Both the position numbers and the translations under genes were made by a program. A DNA stretch of 64,000 nucleotides from Chromera velia (taxonomy: Eukaryota). This document shows, piece by piece, positions 25,165-39,732 of this stretch (within the stretch, counting starts at the first letter, position 1; each line of letters begins with the position of its first letter). The DNA lies in contig JAHBMJ010000332.1 of NCBI GenBank assembly GCA_018398765.1, positions 124,001 through 188,000 on the forward strand. The letters are read 5' to 3'. The notes under the pieces are model-generated. The model saw only the letters and a list, made by a program, of their open reading frames with translations, ran no database searches and had not been told where the DNA came from.

Positions 25165-25170
25165 CTTTCT
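24848..25170. repeat. (CA)n/(CCTT)/(CTTT)/(CT)n block; 24865-24975 is duplicated at about 25575-25680
   Basis: cacacgttgcctccttctcgact...ctttgtcttttcttcttttt occurs twice. Confidence 0.9.
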
Positions 25171-25277
25171 TTGAAAAAATTTTTTTTTAGTTATTCTGTT
25201 ACTACCCGTTTTTAGCAATTAAAGATTAAGATTAGAATAATTACTCAACAAAGGGGGGGATCCTCCCAGGCCGCAGT

Positions 25278-25518
25278 CAGGGATAGGAAATAGGTTATTA
25301 ACCGAACCGAACCGACTTGGCTGTCAAAAAGCGTTTCGGTTTGGTAACCTATCGGTTATATAACATTTTTATGTTTAGAGGTCGTTTCCTCACTAAATTT
25401 AAAACTTTTCACTGTGAAAACATGATTTTTACAGATATTACGAACGGAAAACGAAAGAAAGACGACCAAAACATAATGAAAAGCCATTTTTCATTCATAT
25501 AACCACTTGTTTGATTAT

Positions 25519-25563
<45 letters not shown>

Positions 25564-26379
25564 ACACACATACACACACATACACACATACACACGTTGC
25601 CTCCTTCTCGACTTTTCCTTTGTTTTTTGTTCGTTTTTTTCTTTCTTTCTTTTTCTTTGTCTTTTCTTCTTTTTTCTCTTCCCTCTTTCTAAGAAAAATA
25701 TGACTTTTTATATCTTTTTAGTTATCATAACTAAGGTTTGTAACCGTTTTGTTATGTTTTCGGTAATTTTTTGCTTGTTTGAAGTTGTTTCTACCTATAA
25801 TCTAGCCTACAATGTTGTTTTTATTAGCTCTTACCGATTAACCCGGTTAACTGCCGGTTATCATAACTGGAGGGCCAATAACCTATAACCTAACCTCATA
25901 ACCTACCTTTTTCCCTATCCTGGCCACGGTTAACCAGGTTATAACCGGTCAAAGCTGATAAAAAGCAGATTAAAGATAGAAACAACTTCAAACAAGCAAA
26001 AAATCACTGAAAACATGACAAAACGATTGCAAAGCTTATAGTTATGCTAGTAGTTATGAAAAGTGAAAAAGTAAAAAAAAATGTTTTTCTTAGTATTTTG
26101 ACTCTAAACACAATTAAACAAGTGATTATATAAATCAAAAACATGTTTTCATTATATTGTGGTTGTTTTTCATTCGTTTGTTATATGTCATATTTCTAAA
26201 ATGAAAAGTTTTAAGTTCAAAATTCATGTTTAGTGAAGAATTAAACGATCTCTAGACATAAAAAGGTTATATAACCGATAGGTTAATCGAACCGAAATTC
26301 ACACTTTTTGATGATGCCACTTCGATTCGGTTCAGTTAATATTAACTTAATAACCTATCTAGTAACCTATTTCCTATCC
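25278..26379. mobile_element. Two inverted copies of an hAT-like MITE (25278-25922 and about 25930-26379)
   Basis: Ends are CAGGGATAGGAAATAGGTTA / TAACCTATTTCCTATCC with AACCG subterminal repeats. The two bodies are reverse complements of each other. Confidence 0.75.
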
Positions 26380-27221
26380 TAGGGTTGGTAAATGCCGTGG
26401 GCAATAAATGCCGTTATCGACACTAAACGTATAAACGGCACTGATCGACAACGACATTTATATTTCAATACGGTGCCGACATTTCATAGTTTGCCTAGAC
26501 CAACAGTGTCAATCTTTGACAAAAGTATACTACAGTTGCTAAACTAGATGAACTGACCATCAAGAAGCTACGACAATACCTGTTTGATTTTTTTAACGAC
26601 TTTGGGGATCGAGGCAATCACTAGAGAGGCGACGCCTGTTCGGAACCACTCGTTCTCGATCTATATGCTGTTGACTAGGCTGTTGAAGGACCAGGCATTC
26701 CCCGACCATGCCAGGGCAAACAGTTGATCAAGTTGCTCTGCTGGGATTTTTATTGACACTTTCTATTCTTTTTCTGTCTAGTTTTCTATGTTACTGGAAA
26801 AATGAGAGATAAATAGATTAAGTATATGATCATGGACGGATTGTACGATGAAGAATGAAAATGAATCAATTAAAAGCCCACGATAAACTCTTCGATCAAC
26901 TAGTCGATCAATCATTGTATATTGATACACACATGCAGTATGAGAGAGACATCTCGATCGATCGGGCCGCATTGAAAAATTAAGTCATGCATATGCATAC
27001 ATGCAAATTTAATACCAATTTACTGCATGCATACAAAAAACGCACATGCATGTGAAAATAAACGCTTTTTGCGTGCACGTTTTGCATGTTTAATCCATTG
27101 ATATCTATATATTGCACACTAAATGCCCCTTTGGCTACAAAATGCCATTTCAAATGCCGATGTCAGCACTAGAGGTGTTATAAATGTCAACATTTAGCAC
27201 TGACGGCATTTACGAACCCTA
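26380..27221. mobile_element. hAT-like non-autonomous element inserted into the TIR of the preceding MITE
   Basis: TIR TAGGGTT(G/C)GTAAATGCCGT. The 8-bp TSD is TCCTATCC (26372-26379) / TCCCATCC (27222-27229). Confidence 0.85.
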
Positions 27222-28309
27222 TCCCATCCTTGCTCCCAGCCAGCCTCCACCNNNNNNNNNNNNNNNNNNNNNNNNNNCCACCCCCTCTATGTTTAGCATT
27301 AAAGTTAATCCTTGTGCTAGTCCTTGTGCTAAACCACTGGCATTAATGCTAAATAAATGTGTTCAAAAGAAATAAATTCTAGAAAAAAGTTTTAATGTGA
27401 TTGCTTCTTTTGTGCTTTGCTTTTATAGCTTTGCTTAGAATTTCAAAATTATTAGAAAAATACTATGAAGAAACATATTGACTAGTGTATTAAAGAATAT
27501 GTAAAAAAAAAAAAAAACGGGAGAGTCAGTGGAATATAGCGGAAGCAACGCCAGACTCGTAACGAGAGACAACACCCAATCAACAAAAAAATGCATGTTA
27601 AAAATGATAAAAATGCATGACAGTTTAAATATGTTAATTAATTGACCCCGGAAAGGCCTTTTAGTGGAATAAAATGAATCCCCTCACACAATACTCTCTG
27701 TATTAATTATATTGTTTTTTACAGTTTCCTATCCGTTTGTCTCAAAGCAATCTCAAGGCCTCCCGGGGTTTTATGATTGGATGCATCCTTTTTTTTCTTC
27801 CTTCTTTTATTCCCTCCCTCCTTCCTTATTTCCTTCCTTCTTTTCTGCCTGCATGCAATGGCCATGCCTCTGATGGAAGAGCTCTTCCGTCGTCTTCAAG
27901 TCTCTGAACAGGTGCACAGTGGAGCAGAGGGGTGCTGATACTCCTTTGTTTTCCAATTGTTTCTTTCAAGTCAAAAAGAAAAAGGCCCACTCCGCCTGAG
28001 GCGGTACCTCTGACCCACTCGCTATCCGAAGTCAGAATGAGGTTGCTTTTCTGATTTCCGCACAGATCGATCGGCAGATTCCTCCTGCGAGTTGCCTGCC
28101 TGACTGTCTGTTGAGCTACAGCTTCTGACAGGAGGCATGAAGTAGTGAGGAAGTATTATAAGTCGTCTGAGTGTGTGGCTACATGCATACATGCATGCAC
28201 AGGAGGGCTGTTGGAGGGAAGACAGGGCGAGAGAGAATCTTCGGACGGCTCACTGACGGTCTCTGCCTGCCTGATTTGCTTCGTCAGACTACAGAGAGGT
28301 AGAACTGTT

Positions 28310-29306
<997 letters not shown>

Positions 29307-30759
29307 TTACACTTTCTGTGTTTTCTTCTTCAACGGTAACGCGATAACGCGAAGAAAATGACACACAGAAGGCTTTATTGAGCCATGCTTGGCTGTCAAT
29401 TGGGAAACCGACCATTGCCGTGTGCTCCTGTACATGGAGTGAGGTGGGAAAGGGAAGGGAGGAAAACTGAGAGGGGAGCAGCGATGCACAATCCACGCAA
29501 CAACACAGAAGAATTGACGTAGAAGAGCCTGTGTAGACCGCTGCTCTCAGCCTATAAGAGAAGTCTTCGCGACTTCCAGAGAGTTCTGCGAGAAAAGAAA
29601 TGAATTTGGATGGCAGTTCGATGCCAGACAGTGACATTTACTTTGCGTCACTTTCCCTCTGCCTTCTCACCAGCGTGCACTCAGAGAACTCCCGTTTCGA
29701 CTGACCCAGGCCACAACAGCACACGACAATGCTGAATCGAGCGCAGACAGGGACACTATGCAGCCAGAGCTCTCCAGCATGTATCTCTCTATCTGAGAGG
29801 TTGTTGCATGGTCACGAAACAGGGCAGCTGCAGGCATTGTGCCCCACGCAACTACTCTGCCTGGCTTCACTTGTCTGCTGGAACAACGGTTTGGCAACCA
29901 GACAACAGAAATGCAGGGCTGCAACAATCCTGGCAACTTGGCAGAGACCGTCACAAACAGCCAAGAGACCTCCACGTACGTGCTCCAACCATCTGCCGAT
30001 TATTCCATTGTGCCAGCAATCAAACAGTAATCTGTCGAGAAGAGGCTGGAGCACATTCACAAATGGATTAGATCGATATGTTCTGAGAAGGACACTGCGT
30101 GAACAACACTGTAACAACAGTTGTTTTACCCATGCACCCAACGTACGTATCAGCTAGTAGAACAACAGTTGTGTTGCGGAGTACGATTTAGTGTTTTATG
30201 CCTCGGATGGCAAAGCGCACCAAAGAGTTTTGGGCCCCAATTAACCCATCAAGGACAATTTGCATAAACATTGAACGTTTGTATCTGCATTAAGTCTCGG
30301 AGCGATCATCCCGTTCCATCCGAGGAACTCAATATTGCTCACCATTTGGTTTTTTAGAAAAAATATTTTTTCTTTGTACGTATTAAAAAAATGCCTCTCT
30401 AGCTGCATGCACGTATTGCGTTTGTCAACATTTTTCGGCCTCTCTGTATCGGAAAAAGATTTTTTTGGAACACACTCTAGCATGCATATTTTGACCATTT
30501 TTGACCCAAATTTCTTGTGCGACAATTTCTCACCAAATCTCTTCTGCTCTGTCTCCTCTCTTTCTTTCACATCAAGGATCGCTGATCAAGCTCCGAAAGT
30601 GACCGAACATAATCTCAACTCTGACCTTCAGATTTCTCATGTAAAGGGCAAAAAAGCCTCATTGTAGCCCTTCTTTCTTTTTCTCAGTATTGTTTCACTG
30701 AGTTTTGACCGCAAAACACTCTCACCCCTCAGCTGCGCAACAGTCGATCAGCGGTCTTT

Positions 30760-32945
30760 TCATTCTTGGTCACAGTTGGGTATCCAGGTGGCGGAGGACC
30801 TGCAATATGCAATGAGTGAAAGGTGAGTATCTTCTCTGCCTCCAGGGTTCTTGAATCTGCTGATGTCTTTGCTGATCCTGTACTCATCCCCCTCTCCGTG
30901 TCTCCATCTGTGCAGAAACAGATACACCGATACCGATACGGACCATTGAACTTCTTCATCGTCCTCAACGAATTGTCCCTCGCCACCAATGACGGTCCTC
31001 CACAAGGCTGCCCCCTTCAACATCCTCAGTCCCCCGAGGTCGATCCAGGACGCCAACAACATGGCACAGCAACAACGTGCAACACCATCTATCTCATCTT
31101 GAACAACCCGGCCGGTCTCCTTCTGAAGGCCATTCGAGGACCATCACCCCAAGCCCCCCCACCCTCAACACACATCATGAAGGTCAGCAGCTCTTCTCAT
31201 CTTCTGATGCTTGTCTTTCTGACCCTTTTTTCCTTGTCTTTGCGAGACTTCGCCATACTTTGCCTTTGAATTTCTTTCTCCTCCTCTTTCATCACCCCTT
31301 CTGTGCAGTCAGTTGTCAGATCATGGTTAACCCCCCTTTCCTCCCTCCCTTCCTCTTCGTGCAGACACCGAAGAACAATCTCTCCAGACACGCCGCCCTG
31401 TACATTGATCGTCTGGGTTCCTTTCCGTCCATCTACACCGACAGTCGCAAGCTAGGTCGCGAGGTCAGCATCTCCCTTTGCCCCTCTTTTGTTCTCTTAT
31501 GGACATTCACCCACAGCCTTCCTGGCTCTCACCATTTCTCTTTGCTCTTAGCCTTCCCCCTTTTCATTTCTTGACTTTCCCTGACTTCCTCCCCCCTTCA
31601 AGTCTCCTTCAATATCCCTCTCCCCTCCCTCCCTCCCCACCTACCTCCTGTGTGCAGATACTGAGGAAGTCTCCATCCTCTCTCTCGACTGCCACATGGA
31701 CAAGGCCACTTCCTATAAGTTGAAGTCTTCATGGAGGCCATCCGTCGCCTTCTCCTGCAAGTCCACCCAGCATCGACCCCCCCCCCCATCAAAACAATAA
31801 CATGAACTGCAACAGTGACGAGAACGCCCCCCTGATGATGACAATGATGCGACCAGCCAGAGAGTCGCTCCCCTCTGTGGATCGATGGGAGTGGGGAAGA
31901 GAAAGGCGAAAAGAAAAGGAATAGAATGAAATCTGTATACAATTGAGTGCAGATCCGATTTGTGGTTGTTTGTCTCGCGACTGGGATGGAAGGTGAAAGA
32001 AAAGGTTGAAAGAAGTCTGTCGGTGTCTTTGGTGTTTCTGCCTGCAGTGCAACGTACCCGCATGCGACGCGCACGAGTGAAAAGGGGCAGTCGTATAATT
32101 GAAAGGAAAAGGAGGGGGTGTCAACGGCAGCAGCAGCAGACAGCAGAGGCAGTCAACTCTTTGTCTTAGTTAGGCGTTCAACGCTCTCTCTCTCAATGAT
32201 CGCGATAACCAATTAGCTTGCTGGGAGTCGTTAGTCCGTCTGGTGACTGCCTGGACGGCTATCCATTGACCTCAGGGTCTCTAAAACAGCATTGGCGTGA
32301 GTGAGCGTAGAGAGACCTCCTGCATGACGGATCGGCATAAAAGTGAGTATCTGTGCTGGACCTGCTCTAACGTGCTTCCCTCGGCACGGAGGAATGGGAG
32401 TGATAGCACTGAGATACCAGCATTGCCGTGAAGTTACTGATATATATATACCGGTATATATATATGGCCTTTCCCTTCGGGGATTGGCGATTGATTGAGG
32501 GATCAATTTTTGTTTTTCTCTTTTTGCATGGTGTGTCCGTTCTACCTTGAGTGTTCTGGTATCTCTTTCTATCTTAACTCTGCTGTCTGTATACGCTGCT
32601 GTCCGTTTCAAGAATGAGAGTTCTGAAGGAAGTGAAGTTGAAAAGGGGAAAGTAGAATGAAATGTGTAAAACGGTTATCAAAAACCTTAGAAGAGATTGT
32701 GCTGAACGTTATCGTTCGATTTCAAAGGTCGAAGCGTTCGAAAGATACGTAAAGGAATTATCAAAAAGCTTGAGAGAGATTGTATTGATTCAAAGTTATC
32801 ATTGATTGTATTCAAAGCGTTTGAGAGGCAGCAAAGGTCATCTTCTAAATCGAATCATCATCCAGTTAGATATACTTTTAATTCTTGTTTGCTCAGCGCA
32901 AATCCCGGCGCTGAGCTGTTTGCTGCCTGAGTGATTGCATGATAA
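30760..32945 (-). pseudogene. Degenerate multi-exon gene or repeat-family member; 31160-32945 is duplicated at 55476-57256
   Basis: The minus-strand frame reads as protein (..GEIVLRCLHEEEGREE..EELLTFMMCVEG..ETGRVVQDEIDGVARCCCAMLLASWIDL..) broken by TAA/TAG/TGA. Splice-like sites occur near 31645 and 31755. Confidence 0.55.
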
Positions 32946-33318
32946 TTTATCATACATATTTATTTAGATGTTTATATAAGTCTATGCACTGCATTCATAT
33001 ATATCAACTAGATCCTAGATTACAATGATCATTAATTCTCAAATTTAAAAAACTAATTTTCATATTGCTTGATTCTGTAAACATGAAAGACATTATTTTT
33101 ATAGATGTACAAAATAATAGGATATAAACAAAATTTTATACTGTGCTGTTAGGAGTAACTACTGGCCCTTTTTAGAAGGCCTTTGGTTACCATCAAATTG
33201 GTAACCCCTAAGGTAACCCAAATTTGGTAACTGAGGGGGTCTGAGAGAACTACCGGCGTCTACCGCTACCATGATAATCTGGCCGCGCCAGGTCTCCAGC
33301 AAATGCGTCAGGCCGCAG

Positions 33319-35242
33319 TTGAAGTATAGGGTACCAGCCTGCCGTGTATCCATGCTTGCTTCTAGACCCGGTGGGCCGAGCGTGCAGGCCGTACGGCCCG
33401 TGCCGTGCGGTGCCGAAGCGCCGTACTGGCCGGGATAGGATTGCCATACGCACATTCGACTTTGTACGATTTGTGCCATGCACATTCAGCACCAGCCAGT
33501 TCAGATCGATCCACTTTGTGCAGCACTAGCTGATCGAACGCTTTTCGGCTGTTCGTTCTACTCTGTGTTTACGGACAGACTATTTCATGAAGTAGTTCTA
33601 CCATCATGGAGATCTAGCTCTGCATTCCGTTTGACCATCATTTGGTCATTCTCTTTTACGCTTGACAGCGCTCTGTTGTATCCTGTTTCAGTCAGTCAAC
33701 GACCGTAATAATTTCCGTCTCCTCGTCTCTCCAGCTATCTTTTGCTCCACTCTTTCTCTGCTTGCAATCCTAGTTGGAATCTGCCCGTTCCAGTCAGATT
33801 GGAATGGTAGAAAGCTTGTAAAAAGCTTTCCCTTTCCAATCTGGAAGCTGTGAAAGAAGGATAAACCTGCAGCCATTGCTGCGTTAGTAGGTTTTTGCTG
33901 GGAGACGTCATGGTGTACTGAGATGTTCGTTTATAGAAGACCCCGACGTGGACGCCAGAAGAAAACCGAGTCTCCATTCTTCCCCCAAGCTTTTCCGATT
34001 CCTATCCTCAACCACTTCACCCAGATCGAGCAAGTGGACAAAGACCGCCAAAAGCATCATTACCGCTATTTCTGTCGAGAGCCGCCTTCCCTCAACTGCT
34101 ATGATGCAGTTGCTGCCTGGACCATACTAAGCCATCAGTGCATCAACTGCTCGCAGCTGCTTTTCGGGCCGCTACGAGCTGAGAGTGCCGCAACTTTTCT
34201 ACTGCGACGTCCCCTGTCTGCTCGGCAAGGATCACTGAGGAAGGCAAGGTTTCGGAAGTGCCTCTTTGGGGGGGGGGGATTCTTCATGACTCTTACATCT
34301 GTGTTTGGCCGTCTCCGTTTCTTCTACCCTAGCTTCTGCCGGCCAACGTCCATCCGTGCATACACCAGAGTAGGGGGGGGATGCAAGGACGCTCCGCTGA
34401 GTTGCGAATGCAAGGTTTGCAGTGTTTGTTTTCTCTTGTTAGGCAGTGAGTGCAAACTGTACATATGATTGAACTCTTTGATAGAGAAGCATATAAGGCA
34501 CGATTTGTTCTATCTTTCTACATGGATTCTTTCTTTCCCTGTTGCTTTTCCAGTGTTATAAAGCGCTCATCTTTTGAAAGGCAACAGACAACCAGACCTA
34601 AGAGGTAGGCCGAAGAAAGGCAGACTTATGAGGCAGGCCGGAGACAGACAGTCTTATGATGCCTAGCCCTCTGACCTTGTTTTTGTGATGCCTAGCCCTC
34701 TGTCTCTCTGCTATCCTTTCATGTGTGCTCTTCAATCTTCAACACTGGCAGGCAAGTGAAAGCAAAAAAAGATTTCATTAGCTCTCAGACAGTCAAACCA
34801 AAAGGCTGTTTCATTTCCTTTATCTTTATCTTTCCCTGGTGTTTCGCTTCTGTTTCTTTCTCTTTGCAAAACTTGTATTGAAACATAATCGAGGGGGGGA
34901 GTTGAAGTATAGGGTACCAGCCTGCTGCGTATCCATGCTTGCTTTTGGACCCGGCGGGCCGAGCGTGCAGGCCGTACTGCATGATGCCGAAGCACCGTGC
35001 TGGCCGGAATAGGATTGCCGCGCGTGTATGAATGAATTTCGATTTTATACGATTTGTGCCGCGCGCATTCAGCACCAGCCAGTTCAGATCGATCCACTTT
35101 ATGCAGCACTAGCTGATTGAACGCTTTTTGGCTGTTCGTTCTACTCTGCTTTTACGGACAGACTATTTTATAAAGTAGTTCTACCATTATGAAGATCTAG
35201 CTCTGCATTCTGTTTGACCATCATTTGATCATTCTCTTTTAC
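33319..35242 (+). repeat. Dispersed duplication of about 340 bp (33319-33659 and 34900-35242)
   Basis: gttgaagtatagggtaccagcc...cattctcttttac occurs twice. Confidence 0.95.
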
Positions 35243-35277
35243 CGCAGCGTGACTACGATGTGATAACCTTAACCACC

Positions 35278-36589
35278 CTGCAGGTTACTAGGATTTTGTG
35301 GGATTTTAGCCTAGGATTTTAGCGGATTTTAGTATTATTTTATGGGATTTTGGCCAGGATTTTAGCGGATTTAGGCAAATTTTGCCTAGAATTCTGCCGA
35401 CTATACTACGGACTATTTCTCCAGGATTTTAGAATCTAAAATCCTGGCTTTAGGGATTATAAAGACTAAAATCCTGAATCCTAAGATTTTAGAAATGAAT
35501 GCCAGGATTTTATGGGATTATACGGGATTTTATGGGATTTTAACATAAACAAAAATAATGAAATAAAAGTCGATCATAATCGATGCCGGTTATCCCTTCA
35601 GGTCAAACTGGAAGTGTATCATTTATCTTTGAATTTAATTTTATCCATTTCTTTAAAATCCCATAAAATCCAGTAAAATCCCATAATCCCGTATGCTTTT
35701 AGGGGGGAGGGTTAGAAAGGGGTGGGGTTATACAGTTCAATTGTGTACTCTGCCTCGCTCTCTCTTGTCTGGTAGTTCTCTTTTCACTTCTCTCCTTCGA
35801 GCATATGCTGGTGGGGGAAAGAGACACGGTGGATCCTGCGAAGAACACTGTACAGTATTCATTGTCCGGCAGTCGAAGGTAAAAAGATGATCGATGATGC
35901 GGTGCATCGATTATCTATGTGTGTGCGAACAGAGCAGCTTAGATCCAAACTTCACTCGCTGGCAGAGAGAGTGAAAGAGAGAACAAGAATTGGTGAAAGG
36001 GTCTGCAGAGCAAGATGGACTGCTGCAGCTAGGGGAAGAGGTATCGGGGAAGAAGAGACATATGTAAGAGAGCTCGTTTCATTCATTGTGGACTGGGAGC
36101 CGAAGAAAGCAAGTGATTGAAGCTTGTCTGAAATGAGTACACGCGCGTCTTGTATGGTTGTTCAGCCTTTAGCTTCAGCCTAGGCTGCGAAGGGTCGTGG
36201 TTGTTCATATTCATGTGGAAGCAGGCTAAGCTGCGGCGGTTTGCTCCTTTTGTTTACAACTGCATGCATGGGTTGCCATTTGTCTCTAGTTTCAGAGACT
36301 CTAGGCTTAACTACAATTAAGTAAGTAAGTAAGTATAATCCCCAAAAATTCCATATAATCCCGTAAAATCCTAGGAAGAGGCTAGGATTTTAGCTTTCTT
36401 CTAGGATTTTAGATTCTAAATTCCTAGGTATAGGGATTATATTTTTAATGTTAAGAGTCCGGCAGAATCCTAGGCAAAATCCGCTAAAACCCGCTAAAAT
36501 CTAAAATCCTGGCCAAAATCCCGTAAAATCCGCTAAAATCCTGGCCTAAAATCCCCTAGAAAATCCCGCAAAATCCTGGCTACCTGCAG
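35278..36589. mobile_element. TIR element with GGATTTT/AAAATCC subterminal arrays, carrying a nested retroposon
   Basis: Left end CTGCAGGTTACTAGGATTTTGTGGGATTTT matches the reverse complement of the right end, CTGCAGGTAGCCAGGATTTTGCGGGATTTT. No clear TSD. Confidence 0.8.
35691..36334 (+). mobile_element. 5'-truncated retroposon with a (TAAG)n tail, related to 20357-20954
   Basis: A frameshifted ORF ending at 36120 is homologous to the 20585 ORF. The tail is taagtaagtaagtaag and the possible TSD is ATAATCCC. Confidence 0.65.
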
Positions 36590-36689
36590 AGCAGTTTATA
36601 CCGGCCGTTTCATTTCATATTATATAGGATACCTTTTTAAAAGTTTTTTTTTATAGCTCTGTCCAATGCAGTGTCCACCCTATAAAAGT

Positions 36690-37015
36690 GTAAAAAAAAA
36701 AGTATAAAAAATAGATAAAAATATCAATTTTTTGTATACTTTTAATTTTTGATATCAATTTTTATACAATTTTTTTTTGTTAACTATAAAGAGTTAGAAG
36801 CTCAAACTGACAACGTTTGTAAGTCAAGTCAAGATGTATAACTACTGTTAGTTTCAATTTCTAAATCTTTATAGTTTGTGAAAAAAAATGTGTAAGATAA
36901 ATTGATATCAATTTTTTTGTGCTAATGTAATTTTTTTTTACATACAAAAAAATTGATATCAAAAAATAAAAACTGATATCATTTTTTTTGTATATTTTTT
37001 CAAAAGTAAAAATAT
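36690..37015. mobile_element. AT-rich foldback/MITE remnant
   Basis: aactataaagagttagaagctcaaactgaca pairs with tgttagtttcaatttctaaatctttatagtt. AATTGATATC is repeated. Confidence 0.6.
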
Positions 37016-37291
37016 AAAGCATCAAACGCTCAAACGGTATACATATAGCCTATCGCATTTAATTGGGACTAATTGGGATAATTGGAATGCCTAATTAGGA
37101 ATTTGGAATCCCAAATTTCCAATTCGGAACAATTTGGAAACATTTTTTTCTATGTAAAAAACTTAGTGTACAAAGTTATATTTTTGTGTATAAACATTTC
37201 AAAACTCAAAAATTTCAAATCTGAACATCAATTAGCTTTACATAAACATTAAACATTAAAAAAATACAATTGAAAATCGTATACGTTTTGA

Positions 37292-37602
37292 ATTGGACGG
37301 CTTCACGCACTGGAAGATTCCTCAAGAGCTGGGCATCGGAGGGCTTCACGGTGGGGGGATTCCTCAGGAGGATGAAGCGGTCCTTCAAGGTACCTGTCCC
37401 CGCCCTCATCGAGGTGGCGACAGGTCTTTGTTTTAATTGCGAGAAGATGTGTTCCGTCTGTGGGAGGGTGGCAGCATCGATGCAGCGATGCGCCGGGTGC
37501 CATTACACCCATTATTGTTCTTGGAGGTGCCAAAAGAAGGATTGGAGGCGTTATCATCATGCTGTCTGCCCCGCCCTCCAGGCTGCCTTCCAGACTGACT
37601 GA
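37292..37602 (+). pseudogene. Orphan zf-MYND-encoding fragment
   Basis: CSVCGRVAASMQRCAGCHYTHYCSWRCQKKDWRRYHHAVC is a MYND finger. No upstream exon is evident and the fragment sits in AT-rich transposon DNA. Confidence 0.75.
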
Positions 37603-38185
37603 CTGACTGACTGACTGACTAACTGATTGACTGACTTGATTGATCGATCGATTGATTGATTGATTGATTGAAGCTCTAATCCCCTGAGTGAGTCAGACGC
37701 TCACACTATATATGAAGCTATCTGAACAATTTTGAATATGTTCTTTTATCCAAATCATTATCTTAATGAATTATCTCTATTACTATTAATCTCTATTAAG
37801 TTCTCTAAAACTTAAAATTTCTTTTTTCTTTACTGTATAGATTTTCTTAGGATGGCTTTGGGGGGTCACTGTACCGTAATCGTACTGTCTTTTGACCAGA
37901 ATTTGAAAAAACACCGTACTTTTTTTTCTCAACTCTGGTTTTGTCCCTTACATTCAAATATACAAAAGGAGTTCAATTTTTAGGAAAGAGTGCTCCATAA
38001 TAGCCTACATAGCCTACATCTGGACTGAATGAATATAGTACATGAATTTAAGTGAATTTACGATAACTGCCAGTTAGACTGGGGGGGATAAGGATTGACA
38101 ATCCCAAAACAGAAGGGGGGGAAGCGAGAGCGACGTTTTAGACAGCAACCAGAGAGCTCACACAGGCCATTCGAGAAGGAAGAGA

Positions 38186-38458
38186 CCCTGCAAAAGATGT
38201 TAGAAAAATGATAGAAAAGTTGTTAGAAAAGTTATAGAAAACTGATAGAAAAGTGAAAGAAATTAATATTAAAAAAGTTGTTAGAAAAGTGATAGATAGA
38301 AAACTGATAGAAAAGTGATAGAAAACTGATAGAAATTTGGACCCCTAATTTTTATCACTTTTCTATCCGTTTTTTATCACTTAAATTCACTTTTCTATCA
38401 ATTTTCTATCACTTTTCTAACAACTTTTCTATCACTTTTCTAATATTTTTTGTATGGG
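38186..38458. mobile_element. MITE with CCC-initiated TIRs and GATAGAAAA repeats, inside the CRE-like element
   Basis: Left end ccctgcaaaagatgttagaaaa..gatagaaaagttgttagaaaag matches the reverse complement of the right end, cccatacaaaaaatattagaaaa..gatagaaaagttgttagaaaag. Confidence 0.8.
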
Positions 38459-38751
38459 AAGTAGAGGAGGAAAAAGAAAAAGAGGAAAGGAAGGAGGCCC
38501 ACAAAGAGCACAGCCAGAGAAAGAGGGCGAAGGAGAAAGACAGATGGGAGAGGGTGAAAGAAATGGAAGTTCCGGGGGTGACGGGGGAGCAGAGGAGACC
38601 AGTCAGAGACGCAAAGGCAAAGCGATACTCAGAATGGCTCAGTATGGTTCCGCGAGAAGCGGACAACATGCTCTTCAACCCGGAAGAGTTCTGAGATGCC
38701 CTCACCCTGCGCTACTAATTCAAGACGTAGGGAGACAAGAGGAGTTGCGAG

Positions 38752-39732
38752 CGCAATACGGGGCTTTGTAGGTGTGTTATAACACCCTAAAGGAGCGGTC
38801 CTATGGCAAAAAAGTCTAAGACTAATTTTAAGTGAAGTTAAGGCTTTTGGGGGCCGGGTATGAATCAAAACAATTATAAACAACCGTAAAAAAAATTTTA
38901 AACGTGTTTAAAATCTATTAAAAATGACTTTATTTCATGTTAAAAGTGAGAAATGGATAAATGAGCAAGTAACACAATTTTTTATTATTTCTTCATTTCA
39001 ATCCTTTTTGCCAGCAAACATAAACGCTATAAAGACAAAATTATAAGTTTGTAAACTTTATTAGTGTCTTAATAATTGTGTAAATAAGCAAATCATTCAG
39101 TTTTCTGGGTCATTTGTTGGTGTTTTGGTCTGATTTTAGGTCATAATAACCTAAAATAACCAAAAACACTCATGTTTGAAGCATAAACCCTTAATTTCTA
39201 CAGATTAATGATGTTTTTTCTGATTGATTCTGGCCTTTTGCATTTGAATCTGTCTTTAAAAACCTTTATATGGTTGGTTTCGTCTTATTATATGAGGGTT
39301 TTTTATTTATTTTGGGTTATTTTGGGCCATTGTGACCCCAAAACACCACAAAACACCAAAAATTGACCCCAAAGCCCTATTAACTTACCAATTTTGCATC
39401 ATTTTCATAATAAAAACTACAGTTATAAAGCTTAAAAAGTTATTGTGTCTTAATAATGTTTTTGTTTACTTATAAAGGTGATTGAAATGAAGAAATTGTA
39501 TAGATAGCTGATCCATTTGTTAACCACTTTCAACATAATATTCAGTTATTTTTTATGCATTTTAAACACTTTTAAAAATTTTTTTAGAGTTGGTTTGGAT
39601 TGATTTCAATCATATCTAGCCTCTAAAAGCCTAAACTATACTTAAAATCATCCCTAGACGTTTTTGCCACGGAGGAGCCCCACCCTAGGCAGTTTAAGGT
39701 GTCATAACGCACCTACTAGGTCCCGTGATGCG
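38752..39732. mobile_element. Foldback DNA element of about 980 bp inserted in the CRE zinc knuckle
   Basis: Long imperfect inverted arms (gtaggtgtgttataacacc / ggtgtcataacgcacctac). Excising it restores TGC GAG GGG TGT (C-E-G-C). Confidence 0.85.
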
